Below the pieces are notes generated by a model. The model made no database searches, was not told where the DNA came from, and was given only the letters and a program-made list of their open reading frames with translations. This document shows, one piece after another, positions 24,068 to 33,345 of a stretch of DNA of 64,000 nucleotides. The stretch covers positions 62,001-126,000 of the forward strand of contig NIVC01002967.1 in the NCBI GenBank assembly GCA_002269645.1. Direction: 5' to 3'. Numbering within the stretch: the first letter of the stretch is position 1; each line of letters opens with the position of its first letter. This stretch comes from Macrostomum lignano. Lineage: Eukaryota. Made by a program: the position numbers and the translations under genes.

Positions 24068-24478
24068 CTAGTTCTTCATTAGGAGCATGCAATACAAAAC
24101 CCACCCCTTCTCCCAACAGCCGCCAATCCCCAATCCCAGATTTGTCCCACGAAAAATAACAGCTTTAACTAGCTTCCGAGTGATCGATTCCATCCACCCG
24201 CTTGAAGTCCCCATATTGTCTAGTCTCCTAAGCATTTCTTTGTCCCAGCAATTCTTCTCTGAAAAATCCCTATACTTAACGTCGTGCCACATGCAGACAG
24301 AGTCTAGCTTGTTCACCGGCTCATGCCCAGGATTTTGATTATTGTTTTTATCTAACTGAATTTCAAGCGGATTCAAAGACTCGCAATATTTGTAGCTGGG
24401 AATTGTCCAGCCTTCGTTTGGATGAGGAAGCTTTTCTATCAGTCCATGTGAATCTAAGTTACCACCAGAGCGTTGCAT
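24068..24478 (-). CDS. Parvovirus-VP1-type phospholipase A2 domain protein (Polinton/adintovirus PLA2)
   Basis: IPSYKYCESLNPL..EPVNKLDSVCMWHDVKY matches the PGYKYxGPGN..EPVNxxDxxAxxHDxxY signature; the HD dyad is kept and the Ca-loop glycines are lost. Confidence 0.85.
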   Translation of the reverse strand: MQRSGGNLDSHGLIEKLPHPNEGWTIPSYKYCESLNPLEIQLDKNNNQNPGHEPVNKLDSVCMWHDVKYRDFSEKNCWDKEMLRRLDNMGTSSGWMESITRKLVKAVIFRGTNLGLGIGGCWEKGWVLYCMLLMKN

Positions 24479-24502
24479 TTTATTAAAAATCTTCTTTAAA
24501 AA

Positions 24503-25358
24503 ATGACAGAGCAGAGACTTTAAAAGCTCTACTACAGCAACAAAGCATTCTTTTTAGGAAAAAATGCAGTCACCAAACTCGCAGAACTAAGTAATGAATC
24601 AAAGCAAATAGTTAAAAGATGGCTTTCCAAGCAAGCAGTCTACCAAGAAGTCTACTTCCTACCTCTTCAATTTACAACACCTCACTTTAGCATTATAAAC
24701 CTAATGAGGCGTACCAAGCAGATCTTGTTTCTCCCCAATGACTGAGGCTACAAGTATGCTCTCATAGTTATATACATTGCCTCCAGATATAAGGAAGCGA
24801 GACTACTCAAGACAAAGAAGTCAGAAGCAGTTGCAGCTGCCCTCCAAGAAATTAAAACTCTCCGCTCACATACCCCCAAACCTTTATGACTGATCCTAGA
24901 AAATAATTCATGGGTGCAGTCAAATCTCTTTTGGAAAAAACAATACGAAAATGTGCTACAGAAGAACTGAGCTCTACAGAGACCAGGCTTTTGTGGAAAG
25001 ATCCTATACCAAGTGGACAGAAAGACTCCCCACTGAAATAAATCAACTGAACAATGAAGCATCTCAAGTGACAAACCTGAAACCAATTACTGCCATCAAA
25101 CAAGACACAGTTAAATCAAAACATCAGATAGGAATATATTCTCCAGAAATTCTTACTTACTCTGAATTCGTTCGCCTCCTTTACTTACCAGGAGAGCTAG
25201 AAAAGGACACAAAGAGAAGAGCAACATACCCATACTTAAGTCTTGATGTACATAAGATAGATAGGAATTTCACATCAGCATCCAGTGATTACTATTTTCT
25301 ATCCCAAGCCTTAAATTCAAAAGCCCCACATGATCATTCACAAAGGCTGAGCTTCTAG
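24503..25358 (+). pseudogene. Polinton-type retroviral-like integrase (rve), multiple stops and frameshifts
   Basis: Across frames: KLYY..KRWLSKQAVYQ, PNEAYQADL, YKYALIV..ASRYKEA, FMTDP, QAFVER, LNNE..LKP..AIKQ, VRLLYLPGELE..RRAT. Confidence 0.9.
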
Positions 25359-25400
25359 TAATTCCACATGATACAGAAATAAATACTTTTTTTAAATAAA

Positions 25401-25808
25401 ATGATTGAAACCAGATCCGTGAATAAAATCAACAGAATTATCGAATCAAAGAAGCCAGGTGTTGTGTCAATTAAAGGTGTTAATGTCAAAGTAGATCCAA
25501 CACATAATATCACTGATGAGAAGACTGGCAAGATTCTTCCTTTGGCAACTCTAATCCCCATCCTAGTAGGCGCTCTTGGTTCCGCAGGAGGTGTAGCCAG
25601 CAGAGTTGCATCAGCTGTGAAGGCTTCCAATGACAGTGCACATCAATGAGAGATGGAGAAAATTGCTAGAAAAAAAGGAGTGAGAATTGGAGAAGGAATG
25701 GGTAGTTGTCCATCAGTTGATGAATCTGTTGACGAAATTAGCAAATCAGAAATTGTTAAAGCCATCATGACACTGCATAAAGCAGGATTTACAATATTTT
25801 GGATGTGA
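25401..25808 (+). pseudogene. Small Polinton core/pX-like protein with a premature stop at ~25647
   Basis: KTGKILPLATLIPILVGALGSAGGVASRVASAVKA hydrophobic Gly/Ala helix; the frame continues open after the stop to ~25808. Confidence 0.5.
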
Positions 25809-26879
25809 ATACAAAATAGAACAGAATCTGCTTCTTATTACAGCAGTAATTCCTTATACTTTACACGTCACTTGAGAGTGACCACCCTAAAATTTTTGTT
25901 AGTTTTTTAATTTTCATTTAAAATGTCTAAAGAAAATCCTGAAAAAAAATTATCGAATCTATCTTTCAAAATAATTATCCTTAAGCTCAAAAGTTTTAAC
26001 AAAAAGTAATGTTCTGCAAGATCTGTGCTAGAAGGCTTGGACAAAAATTGATTTTAGTCCAGGAGTAACATTGTAACAAATTTATAAAAAGCATTTTTAA
26101 CTATTCCAAGCACCGGCATATGGTATAACAAAAAAATTGTTTTAGTGCATGGTGCATTAGAAAAAAATGGGAGAAGTTTATTCTAGCGCACATGGTATAC
26201 CTTCCTGACTATGGTATTTTATTAGGTATATTTCCGATTTTTATAAAACCTAATATTGAGTAATTTATTCTCAAAGTTGCACATATATTTGTTTTTATAC
26301 AATTTTTACCTTATGGTATTCTCACTAAAGTCCCTATGCTATTTATTGCTTTAAAATTGCCAAAAATGAATTTGAAAAAACTTGCCCGGTTAATTTTTGG
26401 ATTTTGCCTTCTTTTAGGGCAGGCCCTAATTAAGGACTTCAATAAGATTTTGAAAGTTGAAAATGATATAGAAAAAATAAAAATTTATAATTCTAACACT
26501 CTCCTCTGGCTTTATCAAATGTATGTATAAAAATACAAAAAAAACTTTCAAAATCTTAGTGAAGTCCTTATCCTAATAAAGAAGTTGTAGACTACTTCAA
26601 GTTACAATAATTTTCATAGAATGAATTATAATAAACAAGCTGTTGAAACCCGCGGATTTTGAACCCGGGGAACTCCATTTCCCGGAATTATTTTTGCATG
26701 TATTCTAAAATCTAAGGTAAAACTTAAACAAAAACTTGTTCCCTTGTTAATAGTTAGGATAGAGTTAAACATAAAGTAGTGCACATTCATGTAAAATTAG
26801 GATTTGAGGCAAACATTGATATTGTTGGCTGGGGTGCTGCGCAGAATGTCAGGCAAACTCTGGCCTTTACGTACCTCTG

Positions 26880-28345
26880 CCTCTCCCTATGTCCTTTGCA
26901 TCCTTTGAAACTTCCATCTTCTTTTCTGTTTCTTATCTTCTCTCTCGTCTCTTCTTTTTCTCCCCTCTTATCTCTTCTTTCTTCTCTCCTCTCTCGTCTC
27001 TTCTCTCATCTCTTCTCTCATCTCTTCTCTCATCTCTTCCCTCTCCACTCTATTCTTTTCTCTCTCTTCTCTCTTCGCTCTGGTCTCTGGTCTCTCATAT
27101 CTCCTTTCTCCTGTTTTATCTTTTCTCATTTCTCTCTGCTCTCTACTCTCTCTTCCCTCACCTCTCTTCTCACTCCTTACTCTACCCTCTCTCAACACTT
27201 TCCTTATCTCTACTCTCTCCTTTTTCCTCTCTTCTCTCAACTCTTTCCTCTCCTCTGTCCACTCTCTCCTCTCATCTCTCTGCTCTCTCCTATCCTATCT
27301 CTCTTCTCTCTCTTCTCTCCCCTCTTTCCTCTCCTCCCTCGTCCTTTTCACCAATTTCCCCTGTCCTCTCGATTCTCTCCCTTCCCCTCCTCTCTCCTCA
27401 CTCACTTCTCATCTCTCCTCTTTTCTCTCTATTCCCCTATCTCTCGTCTGTTCACTCTCGTTTCTGCTCTCATCTCCCCTCTCTTATCTGTCATCTTTAC
27501 TCTCATATGTTCTCTCACCTCTCTTCCCTTGTACTCCTCTCTTTCCCCTTTTTGACTCAGGAGGACTCGATCCTTTCTTCTTTCTTCTCATCTCTTCTCT
27601 TCTCTCTTCTATACTCTCCCTCTCTTGTCTTCTCTCTTCTCTCTCACTCTCCTCTCTCCTCTCTTATATCGTCTGTTCACTCTCATCTTTGCTCTCTCAT
27701 TTCCCTCTCTCTTCTGTCATCTCTACTCTCCTCTCTACTGTGTACTCTTCTCTTTCCCCTCTTCTGACTCCTCTCTTTCCTTACTCCTCTCTTCTCTTCC
27801 CTTTTCTATACTCTCTCCCCTCTATTCTCTTTTCTTGTCTCTCCGCACTCTGCTCTCTCTTCCTTCATCTCTCATCTCTACTCTACTCTCTCATATTTCC
27901 TTTCATCTCACTCATCTCTACAATCTCATCTCTTTCCTCTCTCCTCCTCTTCCCTTTACTCTATCATCTCTCCTTTGTCCTCTCTTCTTTCTCAACTCTC
28001 TCTCTCTCTCATCTCTATCTTCTCTCTTCTCACTCGTCTCTCCCCCTTTTATCTCCTCCCCTCTATCCTTTCTAATCCCCCTCTCGATACTCTCATCTCC
28101 TCTTTGTTCTCTCATCTCACTCTTCTCTACTCTCCTCTCTCATCGATCCTCTGTCTCATCTCTCCCCTCTTCTCACCTTTACTCTTTCCTCTCCCTCCTT
28201 TCTCCCCTCCTCTCGCTTCTTCCTCCCTTCTTCTCTGCTCTCTCCTCACCACTTGTCTCTCCTCTTATCTTCCATGTTTTCTCTTATCCCCGTCTTGCCT
28301 CTCCTCTCTTCTAATAGTCTATTCCTTCCTTTCCACTCTCATCTG
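26880..28345. repeat. ~1.45-kb polypyrimidine (CT-rich) low-complexity tract
   Basis: Degenerate CTCT/TCTC/CTCTT runs with very few purines on the + strand. Confidence 0.95.
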
Positions 28346-29039
28346 GCCCGCACATAAGCTGGATTCTTTATCTGGCTTTTGAAGTAAAAGTCTGCCGATC
28401 CCTGCTTTCAAAGCCAGTTTGTGGGACGTACTACTCTCATCGTTATTCTCATGCTTTGATCACGTCATCTTTCTTGCCAATTTGCAGCCCTGAAAGGAAT
28501 TTGTGTATCTTCAGCTCCACTGCAGTCTGCATCAGTCTAACAACAAATGAAATACGCATTTCTTAGGCCATTTAAATTTCAAAGTACTTTTAAGAGAAAC
28601 TTAAAATTTCAATGGTGTGCCTAATTTAGTAGGGTTGTATTTCATTGCATTGCATTGCCTTTTCATAAATCTTTCGCTTTTACAAACCATGCTGGATTCC
28701 CTCGATTTGCCAATTGCCATCCAGTGTTAAACTGCTGCAGAGTTTGCCAATACAGAGGGGAGGGCAGTGGTTAGAATTTCTCACTAAAATGTTGTGGCTA
28801 AACGTAGCCTCTCCACTCTTGAGGTGCAGAGAAGGCTATAAATAAAGTTATTCCAAAACACTGTACATTTGCTATGTACATTCAGTCCTATCGCCTGACC
28901 CTTCGTCTGGGCTGGGGGAATGAGTGAGTGAGAGGCACAAACAACAGAAAAAGCAGACAAAATTCACATGCTTTCAGTTTCTGTCCTGATTGAGATACAG
29001 AGTTGAGACTTTACATGTAGGCAGAGAATGAGTCAATAA

Positions 29040-29546
29040 AGAATTGTGTCAAATTTGAAGTCAATCACTTAATTTGGAGCAAACTTATGGCAGCCGAAAG
29101 TTAGTCATTTTAAAACCCATTTACACCCTTTGCCCAGATCGGGAAAGAGGCAGGCGGGCGGAGGTTGGGGTGGCTGTCTCGCTGAAAAAAACAGCCAAAC
29201 TTTAAAAGTGCACAGCGCCGTTCAGGATTAACTTTGAGACTCGAAATTTTACACGATTGTGTCAAAATAGTTGAAAATTGATTGTGTCAAATTTGAAGAG
29301 GATCGGTAGAAGTGGAGCGGTGCTAAGGAGGCTTTAGTAAAAAAAATCGCGCATTTTGAGCAGTTTTTTGCACTTTTAGGTAGGAAGACTCAAATTTAGG
29401 AAATTTAAAGGTAGCCTAAGACATTCTCCGTAGTGAGTTTAGGGTGGGTGTAAAATTTGGTGTCATTTGGTTGAGCGGTTTGGGAGTCCATAGCGATCAA
29501 AATTGTCCACACACAGACAGAGTTTTGACTTTTATAGGTAGAGATT
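29040..29546 (+). mobile_element. Probable non-autonomous Helentron/DINE-1-like element
   Basis: 3' architecture AAAATTTGG..GGTTGAGCGGTTTGGGAG..ACACACAGACAGAG..TTTTATAGGTAGAGAT resembles HINE/DINE-1 ends; boundaries approximate. Confidence 0.4.
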
Positions 29547-29596
29547 ATAGTAAAAAGGTAAAAAGTTACTAAACATGACTGTATAGTAACTTGAAA

Positions 29597-30034
29597 GGCA
29601 ATCCTGAAGATTCCCGCGTTGAATTATTTTACACATTTTTATACACATTTCAGCCATAGAATTATGGCAGGGCAACCTCCAGCACCCCAGACAATCGTGG
29701 ATCCTCAAGAAGTTACACTGACTATTGAACTAGCTGAACTTAGCATCAACCATTGTGAATTGATGGCTCTAACTAATGAGACAGGCATCCAATGGCTGGC
29801 CAAGTATGGGCTGCTATGAAATTCCAGGCCATGCACGGGACTTCGGATGCCTTTTTTAGCACATACCTGCAATAGTTCATGTGGCGCCGGGCCTTCCTAG
29901 ACCATCAGTTTGGCAATATCCTATACTGGATTAGATACTATTACCCGTGCCAGTAGTGTAACACTGACAGACTTTTTTTATTGGATTGCTTTAATTCCAT
30001 AAAATAATTAAATGTGGGAATCTTCAGGATTGCC
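29597..30034 (+). mobile_element. Non-autonomous Merlin (IS1016-like) element, 35-bp TIRs, 8-bp TSD
   Basis: GGCAATCCTGAAGATTCCC(GCGTTG/ACATTT)AATTATTTTA inverted at both ends. Flanks are ACTTGAAA and ACTTGAAT. The internal remnant IQWLAKYGLL*NSRPC resembles a Merlin transposase N-terminus. Confidence 0.75.
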
Positions 30035-32334
30035 ACTTGAATTAGCATATAAAATTAATGCAATAGAATAGATAGATGGCTAGGCCCAGTTTATTTATAG
30101 GCCTAGGCCTAGACTTAAGAGAAGTCTAGCCCAGTGTTAGTCCTACTTTATGCTAGTAGCACTTAGGTCTTAGTAGCCTACTATGGTACTGTGAATTAAA
30201 GGATTAATGTAAATGACAGTGTAGAGTTAAGAGTAACCAAACATTTTGATGCTTATGCTTAGTCTTAACGGCTAACGCCTAGTCGCCTAACTGCTAATTG
30301 ACTTGCACCTTGGTAGGCTAGGCACCTTAGGTTAGACTTGCAAATTAAGCTAGTCCGAAGACTTGAATCTTAGGATGGCCTGATGGCCAGAATTAGTCAC
30401 AAATAAGACAAATTCATTTGAGAAAGAAAACTTACCTGCAACTGTGAACTGTAACGAATGAAAGCAAAAGCTGCGAGACTACTGTCGAGAGAAAATAAAA
30501 GCAACCTCAACCTCGGACGCTTTTTGCGGTCTCGTCATGAATAGGAGACGATATTTTTTTCATTCAAAAACACATCGCGAGAAATTAATAATCCAACGGG
30601 TCTCCCTCTGTGGCAGGTGGCTGCCCCTTTATCAATTTGGTCTATTAAATTTTACATTAATATATAGTTATTATTTTAATAAAACTTTAAATCGGTTTAC
30701 CTTTACGTGATCGTGTTGTCCCAACCCGGAATTGTTCTCCCACGCCGGGACGTTTTCCGTCACGCTCCCCGTCCCGTAATGGGAGTGCTAATCTCCCTTT
30801 TGCGTATAATTTTTTCCAGTTGCTTATTATACTTCGTAAGACCCTTAATTCAATACTTTTGCTTTTCCTACCGCGGCTGGTCCCTGTGCGTGTTTAATTT
30901 TTCCTTTTTGTGGTCCAGCCGAGGTAGAGTTTGAGGCAATTATATATTGATGTTCGTTTCGGTGTAAACTGCATCCTTCTCCGCCTCCTCGTCCTTTTCT
31001 TAGTTTTCTGTTTCTAGTTTTGTCATTCGATTTACTTGTGCGCCTATCCAGTTTATTTATCTTAATTAGCCGTTAGCACCGCGCGGCCCGCAGAATCAAC
31101 TCGACGTAAACGATTAACAACATCAATTTAACATTCTCTCCGTTATATTAATAAAGATACTAATAAATCAATAAACGTAACAGCCATATTTATTCGTTGA
31201 CGTTAAGCCATAGCCTATCTTGAGTTATTTGCCCGTGGGGCGTAAAACAACCAATTAAAGTTCTCAGCTCAAGAAAGCTCAGAGACCTATTCGTTCCATA
31301 ATACGTAAATTACGGTGGTGGCAGCTCTACCCTACTGGAATTAACAAGCTTAGAAAAATCGACACGCTCAATTTCGGTGTCTGAATCTACGGTGTCTTAT
31401 CATTTGAACGACCGCGCCGCTACACGACCGCGCTCCGGCCGCTACGATTACGACTATACCCTCCCCCGGACTTGAGGACCCCGGCAGTCGGAGTAAAACA
31501 GGAGAAAAATTCCGTTGTGATTCGTCTGCGCGATAATTTCCGGCTTTATTCGTGCGAACGCAACGTCGACCGGTTTCGAAGAAACCCCAATTGAAAACCC
31601 CAAGTTTTATCAGTTTCCAATTTTATTTTTTCTTTCTCCGCCCCACCTCACCTCAAACACGCCCCGCTCGCCTTTCACATTACACATTAAAACAAATTGG
31701 ACATAACTGAAGACAGTTCAAAATGTGTTTTCTGGTAAGCTTCAATTGATGAGGACGCACTTTTTCCCAAATCCCGCGCTAGCACATGGGCTCTGAACTT
31801 ACTAGCCTACTGACAGCAGGCTAAGGGCATTTTTATTCTTTTTCTGCGAATTGTCCTAGAATCTATACTAGATATAATGTTTGGTCATACTAGTAGTCAT
31901 AATAACATAGGCGCAGCTTTTTGGGTCGTAAATCATCGCTTTCAAAGTTTGTCTGACAGCCACTGCGCCTCACTCAGTGTTGAGGCTGGCGCCAGATGGC
32001 CTGAGGGGATGCGAATAGCAGCTTTTTTCTTATCGTTTTGACAGGCCATCAAGATTTATGAGGTCAGAGCCTATTGTTCGTGTTCACTCAAGCGTGTGAC
32101 AGCTTTGACAGCTATGCATTTTACCCCTAGGCTAAAAGTACTTTGGGATTAGCGATTAGTGATTTCTCTTCATTATCTTCACTTTCTATTTAATAAGAGC
32201 TTTCTAATGTATATATTTCATTAATTTCTGTCAATCCTACGCGAAAAGTCATAAATCATTTTGTTGCGATTTTGATTGATTTATGACCGCACCTGTCATC
32301 TTTTTACGACCCTGTAAACCCTGTAAGGATCTCC

Positions 32335-32475
32335 CGGTCACGTGATTCTGGGTAGCAACAAGCTTATAGCCAATCAAAAAATTCGGCACTCATTTTAACA
32401 AAACGGCTCAGCCAATCAGAATCGACGTCTTCCATTATAACAAACTGCGGTCCAGTTGGCGGTTATTTAAACCGG
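32335..32475 (+). promoter_or_regulatory. Compact Pol II promoter-like cluster (E-box, two CCAAT boxes, GACGTC, TATA-like)
   Basis: CACGTG ~32339, GCCAATC 32369 and 32411, GACGTC ~32424, TATTTAAA 32464; probably element-derived. Confidence 0.3.
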
Positions 32476-32851
32476 TGTTTTTGGCCCGCTCGGACCTCAA
32501 CTTTCCTGGTTCCTGCTCCACCGGCCAGGAACTGACCGTCGTTTCTTGATCCCCGCGGATTGCGACTTCCCCCCATCATCATCAAGGACGAATCCCCCGG
32601 TCATCAGCAGCGAACATCAAAGTTAAGATCATCACCTGCTAGCTATCTGCGAAGACTGTGACAGCATCATCCTGAGTCTACAGCTGCAGAGCATCAAGCC
32701 TGTTAGTCTGGGGACCGGGAAGGCCAGCGCAGAGTGCGCAGCTGTAGCTGTTCCTTCAGTTGACTAACAGCATCGGCTTGGTGTGGCGGCGTTGTTCCTG
32801 GGCTTGGGTCTGCTTAATGTCCAGGCCTGGACCATTAAGCAGACCCAAGCC

Positions 32852-33345
32852 ACCCCCAAGCGGCAATAAGCTTTGCGCGTCCCCTGAAAAAATAATTTCG
32901 CTTAGTGGGGTAGAACTTTTGACTGTTGCTGAGTAGTTGCTCCAACTGCAAACCCGAAGAGCGCGCTTCAAAGTCATTGATCAATGCTCATTTGACTCCA
33001 AACTCCAGATACGTGAAGCGTTGTACATTAAAGCGCATTCCCCCCAACCTCAACACTCAACTCCAACACAGTGGCGCGGGACATGTTCTCCGTGTGTTCT
33101 GAGGGAGCTGGGGACACCGGATGTTACATTATATACTTCTAACTATATCGCTATCATTCCATCCCTGGACATTGCCTCTTGACTTTTAGACCAACAAACA
33201 TGTACTTCAAATATTGATTTACACCCCAAAATTTTGTATTTATTTACTGCCGATCTCACTCTCGTTTCTTTAGCTCAAAAATAAACCTGAAGATGCACAG
33301 TATCGTGCGAAACGCGTCGTTCAAATTAATTAATTTAATATTGAT
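32852..33345 (+). mobile_element. Penelope-like retroelement 3' remnant (GIY-YIG C-terminus plus pLTR with hammerhead)
   Basis: FKVIDQCSFDSKLQIREALYIKAHSP, then after a +1 shift NLNTQLQHSGAGHVLRVF-stop (33102): the typical PLE C-terminal EAxxI..PxLNxQ pattern. Confidence 0.75.
33284..33321 (+). ncRNA. Minimal type I hammerhead ribozyme
   Basis: Stem I AAC(33284-86)/GTT(33319-21); core CTGAAGA 33287-93; stem II GCAC/GTGC with a 6-nt loop; GAAA 33309-12; palindromic stem III ACGCGT; GUC cleavage triplet ending at 33318. Confidence 0.75.

Larger units (their letters stand above)
22620..25810. mobile_element. Decayed Polinton/Maverick (adintovirus-like) endogenous virus segment
   Basis: Compact intronless, AT-rich gene block with penton-like, PLA2-like, retroviral-type integrase and pX-like ORFs; many stops and frameshifts. 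Confidence 0.85.

Noticed and set aside
7530-25810. Teratorn-like piggyBac-virus fusion element
   Set aside because: The piggyBac end motifs bracket only ~2.4 kb around the transposase, the viral genes lie outside, and none looks herpesviral.
26779-28382. Long Leu/Ser/Phe-rich ORFs
   Set aside because: Pyrimidine-only DNA cannot readily form stop codons; these are artefacts of the CT tract.
28440-28880. Possible small minus-strand exons (LMQTAVELKIHKF...)
   Set aside because: No consistent acceptor/donor phases or recognisable product could be established.
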